From Squalus acanthias (taxonomy: Eukaryota), in contig CM059438.1 of NCBI GenBank assembly GCA_030390025.1, forward strand, positions 18,538,001 through 18,602,000: a DNA stretch of 64,000 bases, given 5' to 3'. The notes under the pieces were generated by a model. It saw only the letters and a program-made list of their open reading frames with translations, ran no database searches and was not told the DNA's origin. The position numbers and the translations under genes are program-made. Position 1 is the first letter of the stretch. Every line of letters begins with the position of its first letter. Positions 1 to 13,410 of the stretch are shown one piece after another.

Positions 1-32
1 TTTTGGTAATTGAAATGTTTTGATGTGTGCAG

Positions 33-100
33 CTGAGGAGGAGACAACCAGCAAGTTTGCAGCACACTTTGAGGAACAACTGAAAATTTATAAGAAACAG
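33..100 (+). CDS. INPP5F: INPP5F coding exon (approx. human exon 9)
   Basis: AG at 31-32, GTGAGT donor at 101. Translates EEETTSKFAAHFEEQLKIYKKQ, matching human SAC2 AHFEEQLNIYKKQ. Confidence 0.93.
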
Positions 101-1284
101 GTGAGTTACTTGCTTTTCCCCATCGTCTCGATAGAACTCATTGGAATTTACTGTACTGAGCAATTCCAAGATTGATGCAGTTCAATAAACTCTTCAATTT
201 TTAGGCTGTCTGTAGTTTTTCTGTATTTTGGTATATGCAATTTTTAATGTATCAAATGAGCTTTATACACTCCATATATCCTTAAGACCCTTTATTCTTG
301 CACAAGTCAACAGTAATATCCCAATTATGAAGCATCCTTGAACACTGCCATTGTGACTGCTCTAACAATTGCCCCAAGCATATCTAGTTATTTGCCAATG
401 TGTCTGTATCGTGCTGTGCCTTTTAGAGTCGTGTGGGCAAATAATATTCCTCTTCTCTTTCCCCTTCCCACTCCAAGCCTCTCAGCTCTTCAATTGGTCA
501 TTGAGTTGTTCAAGAGTGACATCTTGTTGTTAATGACATTGTTTAGATTAGCAACTTGCCACATGGAGAATTGCTGAGGCCAACCTGTGCTCTGGCATTC
601 GGCAGCAGAACACGGTGGAGCAGCAGTTGCTTGAGCCGCTGCACTGCCCTTCATCCTTGCTTATGAAGATGGATGGAACAATTCCGTCTGCAGTCTGTGG
701 TGCAGTCACAGATGTTGATTTTTAATGTAAAAACACCGGTGATGTTCATAGTTTGATTAAAATTAGTTCCTTAAATGTTTGCGTCTGCCACTAAAATGTG
801 AAATAGGACTTCATGGGTGGGGAGGGAAGTGATTTATTTTGTATAGTGTGTGTGTGTACTATTGAATCAACAATCCATGTGAAATCAGTCTGTCACAGCT
901 TAATGATCCTGGGTTTCACTCTTGCTTTGGCCTGTTGCGATCTTTGTTTATTGCTCCCAACTCGCCAGTTTATGGCCTTATTTTGCGTGGGCTTATTTAT
1001 GAAGCATTTCATAGATTCAGAAGCAAACACTGACTTGGCTTAAGCCCACTGAGCTATATAAACACTTTGACGGCATATTCTCCACCTAGTTTCATAACCT
1101 TCGACAGCCACGTGTAATCATAATTTCCTTTTTGTGACGGTGATTCAATTTATCATGTGGGAACTGTGTTTATCCAGAGATGTTTGGGGTACTTGGTATT
1201 ATTTGAATTTGTGTTTTAATTCTGTTGTTCCAGTGCTCCACTTGTGTGCTATAAGCTGCACTCCTATTTGTAAAGCAGCACCAA

Positions 1285-1465
1285 CATCAACAACTTGCGT
1301 TTATATAGCGCCTTTACTGTAGTAAAATCTCCCGAGGCGCTTCACAGGAGCGTTCTCAAACAAAATTGGACACCGAACCACATGAGATATTGGGACAGAC
1401 GGAGAGAGGTTAGAAGGAGGGAGGGTTAGGGAGGGAATTCCAGAGCTTGGGGCCTAGGAAGCTAT
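1285..1465 (-). mobile_element. L2-clade LINE 3' tail fragment
   Basis: Reverse complement of the same tail (ctcctgtgaagc...gcgctatataaa..gttgttg) seen at 30540..32645. Confidence 0.7.
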
Positions 1466-1605
1466 GTCCACCAACAAACTTGATGACCTGCTAATCTTTG
1501 CACTAATTGGTTACTTTGCACTGAATAGGATTCCAGCCTCGGTTAAAATGAGCCTTTAATAATTTGAGACATTGCATTCAATTGATGTTTTTGTTCAATC
1601 TCTAG

Positions 1606-1730
1606 GTTATTGTCAGCCTAGTAGATCAGACTGGAAGAGAGAAAATAATTGGAGATGCCTTTCTTAGACAAGTTCTGCTCTACAATAACCCAAGCCTCAC
1701 CTACGTGACCTTTGATTTCCACGAGCACTG
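1606..1730 (+). CDS. INPP5F: INPP5F coding exon (approx. exon 10)
   Basis: TCTAG acceptor, GTAAGA donor. VIVSLVDQTGREKIIGDAFLRQVLLYNNPSLTYVTFDFHEH (SAC domain FDFH motif). Confidence 0.96.
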
Positions 1731-3294
1731 GTAAGAACCAAAGACTATGATTATAGATTGTGATTTAAGATCCTTTACATGGCTGTTCTCAGACTTAAAA
1801 TAGTTTTTTTTTAAAAAGATGGCTTAGACTGCAATATAGTGCAGCTAATAAGACTGGTATTTGATGTGCTGCTGACTCCACCTTGTTACAAGGCACAGTG
1901 ATCTGAATCTAACCGGCACCCAGGGGATACAAAAAATGTGGGGGGTTTTCTCCTTCCAATACAGCATCAAAGTAAGCCAGATAAATGATATTTTTGTTCT
2001 CCTCTCTGCCTGTGTGGGTGGTTAGGTACCAGGTATCTCCCTTTCCCTGCTAGAATTCCCAGTCTCTTCTCTGCTTCTCAGCAGCTTACAGTTGTGCTGC
2101 TTCTAAAATCCCATGATTTTCTTTGGTTCAATATTTGTACGATTTCGGGAGTGCTGGTTTTTCGTATAATGTAAAAAAAAAACTTAATTTCACTTAATCA
2201 TTTAAGTTGTAATTATTTTTCCAGACAAAAATTATCAGCAAAAGAGACAACCATGTGCGGTTTTGATTAATGTTGTGCAACAAATGTGATTTTCACTGTT
2301 ATGGAAGTGTTTTGGTGGATCAGACTCTGCTCGGGCAGTTAGATTCAGGAGAAAGTAAAGGCAAGCTTCGAACCAACTCTCAGACGCCAGCTGTCTGAGT
2401 TTTACGCGGGCTGTTGGCATTCAGAGCCCAGTGTCTGTTCATGTCTACGGTTGGAAAAATCAACAGAGCTGGTATTTCGACAGTCCTTGCTCCACATAGC
2501 TGCCTGATCACTCACTGTGGTTTTCAGTTGTTGCACGTTGCTGCATGATCCCACAATCCGGATTGGGAGTGGTAGAGATGGAAAAAGGTGCAGCTAACAG
2601 CTACAGCGGCAGAGCAATTTGTCTTGTGTGCTAGTGTAATAATTTTCCATCGCGCAGCGCTACAATAAGTGAATATCCAAACAATAATGTTTGTTTTGGA
2701 TGACCTTGTGATTTTTAAAATGTTTTTCTTAATTTTGAAATACATAACGGAAATGATGTAATCTTTTGATTAGCAGTCACCAGGATATAGTGTAAATATT
2801 TTTTATACATGCTAACCATTTGGTTGGGAGGGTTGGGGGGAGGTTGCAGTTCAACTGAACAATGATCTAAACTTCTGGCTACTTGTGTTTAAGTAGTTAA
2901 TAAATGAGTACCACTAAGGCAAGTGACTACCAAAATAAAATGCTGAGAGCTGCCAAACATTAGACAGCAATTATTCCTGGAGCTCGGGTAGCAGAGCTGT
3001 GTATGTAACAGAGGAGGGAGAGCACAGTGCATGCTGGGCTTGTAGTCTTTCCTATTCTGAATTAAAATCGACCTTTTGCTGTCGATTTCTTGCAATTTCA
3101 CATCACTGTTTTTGGTCTCCGTTTATCTGTCTGTGTAACACAGCTACACTGTCAAACTAAACTGCTGGAAAAGGCATATTTGATTCTTTCAGATACCATT
3201 CCCTCATTGGGAATACGGGGCCAGAAAAGATGATGGTGATTTATCAGGCTGGACCCGAAGTTGTGTTTTTTTTTTAAATGTTCTGTTGTCTATC

Positions 3295-5518
3295 ATAGAA
3301 ACATAGAAGATAGGAGAAGGAGTAGGCCATTCGGCCCCTCGAGCCTGTTCTGCCATTAAATGAGATCATGGCTGATCATCCAAATTCAGTACCCTGTCCC
3401 TGCTTTCTCCCCATATCCCTTAATCCCTTTAGCCTTAAGAAATATATCTAACTCCTTCTTGAATATATTTAATGAATTGGCCTCAACTGCCTTCTGTGGT
3501 AGAGAATTCCACAGGTTCACCACTCTCTGGGTGAAGAAATTCCTCCTCATCTCAGTCCTAAATGGCTTACCCCTTATCCTTAGACTGTGACCCCTGGTTC
3601 TGGACTCCCCCGCCATCGGGAACATCCTTCCTGCATCTAGTCTGTCTAGTCCTGTTAGAATTTTATAAGTTTCAATGAGATCCCCTCTCATTCTTCTAAA
3701 CTCTAGCGAATATAAGCCTAATCGACCCAATCTCTCCTCATACGTCATTCCTGCCATCCCAGGTATCAGTCTGGTGAATCTTCGCTGCACTCCCTCCATG
3801 GCAAGAACATCCTTCCTCAGATAAGGCGACCAAAACTGCACACAATACTCAAGGTGTGGTCTCACCAAGGCCCTGTACAACTGCAGCAAGACATCCTTGC
3901 TCCTGTACTCTAATCCTCTCGCTATGAAGGCCAACATACCATTTGCCTTCTTAACCGCCTGCTGCACCTGCATGCTTACCTTCAGCGACTGGTGCACAAG
4001 GACACCCAGGTCTCGTTGCACTTCCCCTTTTCCCAATCTATTGCCGTTCAGATAATAGTCTGCCTTTCTCTTTTTGCCATCAAAGTGGGTAGCCTCGCAT
4101 TTATCCACATTATACTGCATCTGCCATGCATCTGCCCAATCACCCAACCTGTCCAAATCATACTGGAGTTTCTCTGCATCCTCCTCACAGCACACACGCC
4201 CACCCAGCTTTCTGTCGTCTGCAAACTTGGAGATATTACATCTAGTTCCCGCGTCTAGATCATTAATATATATTGTGAATAGCTGGGGTCCTAGCACCGA
4301 TCCCTGCGGTACCCCACTAGTCACTGCCTGCCACTCGGAAAAAGACCCGTTTATTCCAACTCTTTGCTTCCTGTCTGCCAACCAGTTCTCTATCCAAGTC
4401 AGTACCTTACCCCCAATCCCATGTGCTTTAACTTTGCACGCTAATCTCTTATGCGGGACTTTATCGAAAGCCTTCTGAAAGTCCAAATACACCACATCCA
4501 CTGGTTCTCCCTTATCTATTCTACCAGTTACATCTTCAAAAAATTCCAGTAGATTAGTCAAGCGTGATTTACCTTTTGTAAATCCATGTTGACTTTGTCC
4601 GATCCTGTCACTGTTTTCCAAGTGCTCTGCTATTACATCTTTTATAATGGACTCTAGCATTTTCCCCACTACCGATGTCGGGCTATAATTCCCCATTTTC
4701 TCTCTACCACCTTTTTTAAATAGTGGGGTTACATTAGCTGCCCTCCAATCCATGGGAACTGTTCCAGAGTCTATAGAATTTTGGAAGATGACCAGCAATG
4801 CAGCTACTATTTCTAGGGCCACTTCCTTAAGTACCCTAGGATGTAGATTATCAGGCCCTGGGGATTTATCGGCCTTCAATCCCGTCAATTTCCCTAACAC
4901 CATTTCCCTACAAATACTGATTTCATTCAGTTCCTCCCTCTCATTAGACCCTATGTTCCCCGACATCTCTGGGAGGTTATTTGTGTCCTCCTTTGTGAAG
5001 ACAGAACCAAAGTATGTATTTAATTGGTCTGCCATTTCTTTGTTCCCCATTATAAATTCCCCTGATTCTGACTGCAAGGGACCTATGCTTGACTTCACCA
5101 ATCTTTTTCTCTTCACATATCTATAGAAGCTTTTACAGTCAGTTTTTATGTTCCCTGCAAGCTTACTCTCATACTCATTTTCCCCCTTAATGAATCCCTT
5201 TGTCCTCCTTTGCTGAATCCTAAACTGCTCCCAATCCTCAGGTTTGCTGCTTTTTCTGGCCAATCTATATGTCCTCTCCTTGGATCTTATGCTATCCCTA
5301 ATTTCCCTTGTTAGCCACGGTTGAGTCACCTTTTTTGTTTTATTTTTATGCCAAACAGGGATGAACAAATTCTGTAGTTCATCCATGTGATCTTTAAATG
5401 TTTGCCTTTGCCTATCCACCATCAACCCTTTAAGTAACGTTCCCCAATCCATCCTAGCCAACTCGCGCCTCATACCATCGTAGTTTCCTTTATTTAAATT
5501 CAGGACCCTAGTCTCTGA
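3295..5518 (-). mobile_element. Young 5'-truncated CR1 LINE (ORF2 reverse transcriptase)
   Basis: 695-aa ORF 3386..5473 with [27 protein letters not shown] and FADD motifs. CR1 3' UTR with tctatg-type tail. Flanked by the direct repeat GTCTATC. Confidence 0.97.
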
Positions 5519-6706
5519 GTCTATCGTACCTCTTGATCATTTCAAACCAGCTCTCTTGAATTTGCAGTCTGTTTCACACAGTTACCACACTCTGAAATAG
5601 TTCAACCTTAGCTATTTGTTCGCCTTCCCTTTTCTGAGCTTTGATTCCATGGCCCCCTGATTAGAGTATGTCATATTAAACAATTCGAGTTCAGTTTATC
5701 TTGACCGCATTATAATCTCAAAGATTAATGAGGTCTTCCCTGAGCCTCCTGCACTTCAAGTGTAAAATGATTGGCCAACTGTTTTGAGTTCCCATTGGAG
5801 AGCGTGTTTATGTCGGATGCGCTCTACTGCAGTCGAAGCTAATAAATTCATTAATGCTGATGGGCGTTTTTAATATAGCAGGTTATTAAAAATAATTATT
5901 TACACAGCATAGCTACCATTTCACACAGCAACCTCTTGCCCCATTGCACTGCCTTTTGCCTCATTGGAACTGAGCTCTTTTTCTACCTCGCCTCTTTGAT
6001 GCTTTTATTCCGACTGCCGCAGATTTGTTGGTGTCAACAGTGGGGCTAGTGGTGGACTGGTCCAGTGCCTCTAGCATTCGGGTCTGTCACCTAGTTGCGT
6101 TTATAGTAGGTTTTGCTGTTAAATTTCAGTTTACAAATCTACATGATGTATCTGGGCTTAAATTCCCAATGGCAGGAACTGGACCATGTCGAGTTGTGGT
6201 GGCTTCTGTACAAATGCTTAATTTTCATGTTTCAGATATTTGTAACCCCGCCAGGATAAACTCTTCTCGGCTTGAAAGGCAGCATTACTGCACAATTCAA
6301 AATGCGGCTTGCTTGTTTATAGCTGATTAAGGCAGTGCATTTCCTGCGCTGTGGGGAACCGCAATGGCTGAGGGAGCAGCACCCTGGAATGTAGGAAATT
6401 TGAATCCATCGATTGTAGTGGCTGAAACATGAATAAGCTGCCTTCCTCCCCTCCTCCCCCCCCATATCTGCTCAGTGCTCACTCTATCCACCATCCTTTA
6501 AAGTGCTCAGAAAGTCTCTGGATGTAATGAGAGCGACAAGTGTAAGTTTCATTAGTCTTGCGTGACTGCTGCTGTTTCCCTGTAAAGATTAACATTTTTA
6601 AAAAGGTAAGGCCAAGAAAACCACTCTCTTACACCTGTGTCCTAATGTTTATATTTAAAAATGATTTGAGTTTAAACCAAAAACTGCTTTCTTTCTTTCT
6701 CTCTAG

Positions 6707-6784
6707 TCGAGGAATGAAGTTTGAAAATGTGCAGACTCTTACGGATGCTATCTCCGATATCATCACGGACATGAAGTGGGGCTG
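6707..6784 (+). CDS. INPP5F: INPP5F coding exon (approx. exon 11)
   Basis: Pyrimidine tract plus CTAG acceptor, GTCAGT donor. RGMKFENVQTLTDAISDIITDMKWG. Confidence 0.95.
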
Positions 6785-8773
6785 GTCAGTATCTCAATTT
6801 ATTACCATTCAGAAAAAGGTGCATGATTTACTATAGTAGTAAGTGTCCTTGTCGTAATGAAAAGTTCACCAAACCAAAGACTAACTGCTAGGCTGTTGAA
6901 GTGCCACTACATTATGAACATTCAGTCTTGATTGTTTGCACTGTGGCAGTAAAGCTGTTTAGACTCGTAAAATATCATTTTGATCATTTCAGTGTGTCGA
7001 GGGTCAGTAATCCTCACCACATTATGGGATGTCTATCATTATCATCACAGCTGCCCTGGACTTTAGGAATTAACTGTTGTCTTTACTTTGTTGCAATAGT
7101 TCATTAAAATATTTTTGATTTTTAGTAGCACCTACTGTAGTCTCAGCTGACACTTGGAGAAGTTTGTAAAAATATGCATCTATAGGGACTGTAAGACTGA
7201 CGGGGTCAGTATAGAAATTGGCATTGCGATATTTACAAGTGTCAATTCTTGCCCCTAATCCACATGTGCTAAGATTGCGGAGGAGAAGTGCCATTCCCCC
7301 TCTGCGGGATAGAACAGGAAATTGGATGGTGAGTCACTGTGAGCTGTTCCTGCACACAGTGCAATTGTCAGAGGCCTGGGAGCACATCTCTGGAAGTGGT
7401 GAGCGCGGTAAGGACTCAACAGGGAAAAGAAAGATCAAACATTGCAGCAAAAAGTTTTTAATTGTGTACAGAGTGGTGCAGTGGGTTAGTGCTCTGTTGT
7501 TACCTGGGTTCAAATCGAGTCCAGATTGATGGGATGAAGGACTCCTTTTCCATCTATAAAGGTCCGACAAACAGTGAGATTGTGCAGTCTCAAACCAGCT
7601 TTGTGGGTGGTCGACAAGTAATTGCCCAAACAAAGCCTAAATTCACACTTCGATTCAGGTACACTTTTGCAACCGGGGGTCTTTTTTTTTGAGGTTAGGA
7701 TTAAAGCATTTATTTTAGTAAAGGGGCACTACATTTATCTCGTACTATGCCTGATCTGGGAATGCTTGGAGCTGCCTTTGGGTGCTCCACATAGTGTTCA
7801 ATTTCTTAGCTCTGATGTGATGAGCATAAATATTTCAATACGTGCAAACTGCTGCTGGTCATGAAATGACACATCTGTTGTACTCCAATATTCACTTTAT
7901 TCACTTGTCTAGTGTGTTTCTGCTGAGTGTATCAAGCTCAATTTATATTTTTAAAGAAAGTGGAGCTGGAGACGCAGAAGTTCTGATTAAGTGTAAAAAT
8001 ATTTTGAGAAATACATCATGCTTGATTCCAAATGTTGGAGGATATATCTGTGTCTTTATCGGCGTATCTCCATTGCCCATTGTCAGACTTTTAAAACAAC
8101 TAGTCATCACCAATAAGCAGACATTTTGCATAGAACTCCTCCTGATGCAACATGAAGTCCTGCTCCAGTGACGTGAATGAGAATGGGCCACTCCGACAGA
8201 ATCAGAATGGAATGCCATAATTGAGGGATGACTGAGATGCTAACCAGTGTACAGATATCTTGTCTTTACTTTAGATTTTGTGCCTATAATTCCCTGTTGA
8301 GCAGCGATCTGATTGAAGTGTTCAATTTTACAGTTCAGTGAACATTCAGACTACTTAGAATTATGTGTAGTGAAAAATATGCAACCATTTATTCGCCACG
8401 GGATGTATGCCGTTGCTTTTCCTTGTAATACGATTCAGGGACAACAGCATCACTGTCGGTGGCTTGTACCTTTTAACTCCATGAAACCACACTCCCACAC
8501 AGAATTTTCACTCTTAAATAAATAAATTGTTTTTGTAAGTCACAGTTTCTGAGCCAGCAGCTTGTGGCCCTACTCTGCACTGTGGAAACAGGAAGTGTTG
8601 GCATTCCCCACTGGTGGAAAGAACGTTACAACACAGTCATCTGGCGCAGAACACTTGTTGGCAGAGGATTGATTCTCTGCAAATGCTGGCATTTTCACTC
8701 TTCAAGTGAGGATTGTTTTGTTCTGGCGTGGTCACAGGAAAAGCAAACCCTTGTTGTTTTGATTTGAATACAG

Positions 8774-8894
8774 GGTTGACCAGGCAGGAGAGATTTGCAA
8801 ACAGGAAGGAATCTTCAGGGTGAACTGCATGGATTGCTTGGACCGGACGAATGTGGTTCAAGCTGCAATTGCTCGAGTGGTCATGGAACAACAG
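8774..8894 (+). CDS. INPP5F: INPP5F catalytic exon (approx. exon 12)
   Basis: CAG acceptor, GTATGA donor. VDQAGEICKQEGIFRVNCMDCLDRTNVVQAAIARVVMEQQ contains the intact SAC CX5R(T) motif CMDCLDRT. Confidence 0.97.
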
Positions 8895-11800
8895 GTATGA
8901 AATCACCAGGTAATCTGTGGTTCAGAGACTTCAGGGGAAAAAAAATACAGTATTTGAGTTTCTCTAATCTCAAATGTCCTCACCAGTTTAACATTTAACA
9001 TTACTTTCAATCTTTCTCTTCTCTCTAACACCCCTCACAAAATGTAAAGATTTTGCGTGAACAAGGGTATTGGGGTTATTGTGTAATGTTGCAATGAATG
9101 TGTAAAAATATGAATTTATCCTGACAATCTTTTTTAAAATTCTTTTGTCAGTAAAATTCAAACTATCCACTTTACATATTCACTGTTCTCCTCCGTCGTT
9201 CGTCATCACTTGACAAACTTGCAATGATCACACATTAATTGGCAATTCTTCAGAGATGTCATTGCATAGCAGCTGAATTCAGCATCCAACCTATCGAAAT
9301 GAAGGCTGCCACCAGGAAGAGGGAAGTTAAAAAAGTGTCCCATTAGCTTCACAGTAACCTCTCTAACTCGTGTATCCATTATAACTAACCGATACTCGAG
9401 AGTGACTACCAGATGGTCGTCTCATCTTGGACTCTGACTGCAATCCAATCATGGTAGGCACCGAACCCTGGTTAGACGAGTTCTTGTATCCGGCCTCCAG
9501 GTAGCTGTTGGCCAGGTCTGTTTCCTCATCAGCTGTGCGATGGACATCTGCTGTCAGTGTGGTGGAAGGGCAGCTTGCCAGCCACCTTCATTTCGAATGC
9601 TTCTTACCAGCCTTGCTCGTTCTTGCTAAATCCAAGTCCTTACCTGGAATTGCCCCCCCCCCCTCGTTGACTGGTCGGATCCCTCCCGTCTTGCCACCAT
9701 TACCACTTTCTGCCACAAATCACATCTCATGGTTGGATCCTGTATCTTACAAGTGGATTGAAAGAAGCCCTTTCATTACATACGAGTGAAAATGGATTTT
9801 CAAAAAAGAACAGCAAAGAAGTGCGAGGTTTCTTCCGACTGCTGCAGGACTGTGGTTTCAGTGTAGCTTTTCTGGTTCAATTTAAAATTCATTGACCTTG
9901 CTACAGTTCTTTAACATAGTAACAGAAAAACCCACGCAGTGGTGTGTTCAGATTGTGAAGAGAATCAGGGTAGATTGGTAGGAACATGAATAAAACTTGT
10001 AACTTCTATGAAAATACTGACCTGTGATGGCGGGTATCGCCAACCTTTCAAGAGCTGCATTACGGCACCAGTATAGTAGCTTGGGTCATGAGCTTCTGGA
10101 CGAAGTTGCTTTTGGTTTCAGGTGCCTTGAGTAACTGTTTCCGAACTGAAGCAAAACACAAGATGGAAAGTGGTATTGTAGGCCCAACCCATACTTCTTT
10201 AAAGAAAAAAGTTACAAGTTCTGAAGATGCTGTTGCATTCATTGTATTGATGCCTCAGTTGTTTTTTTAGCAGCTTCACTACAGAAAGTTTCAAGAACTG
10301 AGAGCATATTGTGCAACAGAGGTCTTCTCCAGGATGGAGCAAAACCAACCAAAGCACACTTCTTGTCAGCTAATCACTGAATGATATTGGGGCTTTGCAG
10401 AAAGCAATGATGCGATACAGTGGGTGGGGGTTATTGTTCTGAAAACCATATAAAGCAGATGTAAGTTAAATCCAGTATTGAATTAGAAGGTTAATAGAAT
10501 CTTGAATGTACCCTTCAGTGTTACTGTCCAACATATGTCCTTTAGACATTTGGTTCAATCCCAGCTACATTCTTAACTGGTCAACCCAGAGCCTAGCTCA
10601 GTGAATCCAGTCAAGTTAAGAGAGGTGCACTTAATTTTTACTAATTAAATTTAAGATGTAGATTTGAGATTTCAAACTTTAAAAGTTAGGTGTGAAATGC
10701 ACAAGTCCTTGAAGGGGCACTAAATTTGCAGAGTTAATATTACAGTTGTGACGTAGATATTGACCAGTTTTCTCCAGGAATGCGTCATTCATCTTGGAGC
10801 ACGCTTTGTATTAAGCCTTGCTGATTACGTTCCATAAATTGGCCTGGAAAGTTATTGTAAGCTGGAAAACTAATTCTGGAGGGAACAAATCATTTGCCCA
10901 TGTAGCTAGCTGTGCAGCATCATAAATTAGTGTGTTTCCTGTCTGACAACTGATCAGCACAGTCTCCTATTATAGAATGAGAGAGTGCATTCACAGTTGA
11001 ATGCTGTCATAACTGATGCTAACTGAAAATAAAATGTAGGAAGAGGTGCAAGAAATGTTGGCCCTGCAGATTTGAGGTAAAGCTTGGGGGTGGGGGGTGC
11101 AGGGAGGAAGAGAAGTGGGGAGGATCAGGTGAAAAAAGGAAATCCTAGAAGATGTCGCATCCAGGCTGTGAGAGGCAGGGAGTCTTGAGTCTTAATTACA
11201 AATGAGGGTTATTACTAAAGAAATTGGCAGAGGGTAATTATTGACGAAGTAAATTATTTTTTTAATTGCAGGTTTTATTCACATTTAATTAAGTTAAAGA
11301 CTGTATCCTCAGTACTAAACTATTGGTTTTACAGCACAATGTGCAAATTCAATTTAGCAGTCAAAACATAAATTGCACATTTGTTGAATAGAATTTAACT
11401 GCTTTTTACTTTTGTTAAATTGTATAGTTTTTACTTTAACAATTTTTTCCTCTTTTCCTCCGCCACCTACACTGAATAAATTCAGTTTTCCGAATGAAGA
11501 ATTCCAGTCACATGGATGGCACATTGTTCTTCCACTCATGAGTTAAGGATTCCGGTTCATTTCAGACTGATGGGCTGAGATTCTCCTCGCTCTGCTAGCC
11601 CTAAGGGGCCTGAGAGGAAAGCTTGGCCGCTTTCAATTCCATTCAGAGTGGGTGTGGGCCCACTGCACTAAATTGACCAAAAACAAAGCATAGATTGACA
11701 TTAAATATAGACTCACTTAGAATGATGACTGAATTGACTGTTTGAATGGAGAATATAGAGAAATGGAAAAATTCACTTTAGTGCAAGTGAGGCCCTCATT

Positions 11801-11899
11801 GAGGTTGGACCAAGGTCCGTTGGTGGAGAGTAGAAGGGGCTTTACTTTGACCTGGAACTGCATGATGCACTGGAGTAGGAAAGAGGTCCATTCCCAGTC

Positions 11900-12320
11900 G
11901 TGTGTCAGCTTGGCTTAGTTGATGGTACCCTCACCTGAGCCAGAAGGTTGTGGGCTCAAGAGGAGCTCCAGGACTTAAGCACGTGATTTAAGCTGACACT
12001 TCAGTGCTGTACTTGAAGGGTTGTACTGTCAGAGATACTGTCTTTCACATAGTTATTAAATCAAGCCCATCTACCTGGTCAGGTAATTTTAAAGATCTCG
12101 CAGAGCTGTTTGAAGAAGAGCTGGATGTTCTACCGATGTTCTGTGTAACGCCCCTCACTGGACCAGCATATTAAAAACAGTCAGTGGGAGCTTGCTGTGC
12201 ACATATTGGCTCTTATATTTGCTTGCTTAAGAAACTGCACTTAAAAAGTAATTAATTGGATGTGAAGTGCTTTGGGGCATCTTGAGGATATCAGGTGCTG
12301 TATAAGTGCATTTCCACTCT
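11900..12320 (+). mobile_element. Deu-domain SINE (SacSINE1/AmnSINE1-like), near full length and diverged
   Basis: tRNA-like head (tggcttagttg...gggctcaa), Deu-like core (gaagaagagc..gttct..gtgggagcttgctgtgcacatattggct) and L2-like tail. The family call is from recalled consensus. Confidence 0.7.
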
Positions 12321-12597
12321 TTATTTAAAAAGCACCAAAAATATCAATTGAGATTGTATGTGTGTTCTTTAATAGCAAAAAGGGAATTGCTATGTTATTA
12401 CACTGCCATCTATCTGACATGGCTTTATACTTGATTCTTGATAGCAGATCCCAGGCTGTGCTGCAGTGGAGTTCAAATATACGGAATTGTGCAGCATTGT
12501 TTTTACAGACATGTGATGCCAGTACAGTAGTCTTGCAAAAATGTAAATCTAAAAATTCATGTTTCTGATGTTTTCTCTCGACTGCCCCATCTTTCAG

Positions 12598-12726
12598 CTG
12601 AAAAAATTGGGAGTCATGCCACCCGAACAGCCGCTGCCTCAAAAATGCTATCGGATTTACCAGATCATGTGGGCCAACAACGGAGACACAATTAGCAGGC
12701 AATATGCTGGGACGGCCGCTTTAAAG
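12598..12726 (+). CDS. INPP5F: INPP5F coding exon (approx. exon 13)
   Basis: TTTCAG acceptor, GTAACA donor. LKKLGVMPPEQPLPQKCYRIYQIMWANNGDTISRQYAGTAALK. Confidence 0.97.
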
Positions 12727-13410
12727 GTAACATTCCCTCCATTTCAGTGATTGGAGGGGTTTTTCTCTCTATGTATCCGGAAGAAGTCTCCTCACTAAAT
12801 TTTGTTTTTATACCATGATTTCTTTTGGAGTACTACATTGTTCTGAAATTGAGTAGAGGAGAATTCTATTGATATTAGTATAATTTTGTATCCATGTTCA
12901 AGTACCGAAGTTTCCTGATTGTTCCCTCTGACGTGGAAGTGTTTATGATTGACAGCTGCATGTACTTGGTTCAAGATGGCTGAGCAATAGATGGGTTTAG
13001 GCTCTGAAGCCGGTGCAAGTTTCTTACCAACTGAAGTTAGTAACTAACACTACAGTTAATCAAGAACTTCAGTTTCTCACGGTGGTTGAGTTGCTTAACT
13101 GCGAAAGTACAGAATGGACTAGCGGCCCTGAAAATCTGTGCTGATTTTGGTGAGAAAGGGGCATCATGCAGGTACGTAAATGGGTTGACGCCCCGTTTTG
13201 ATTCCGCTGTAATTTCCAGTTTGGGTGGAAAGAGCACTTTCCTCTGTCCACCCCTTCACCAGCACGCATATGCGAATAAAGTGCACGTTTAAGGTGTCAG
13301 AATTCCAGGAACTTCCATCTCGCTGCGCTCGGTGCAACTTGTGAACCGGTAAAAGAAGCACAGCCATGTCACGTGCCGATCCGCCCAATGGGAGTGATCC
13401 GTTTAGAGAC

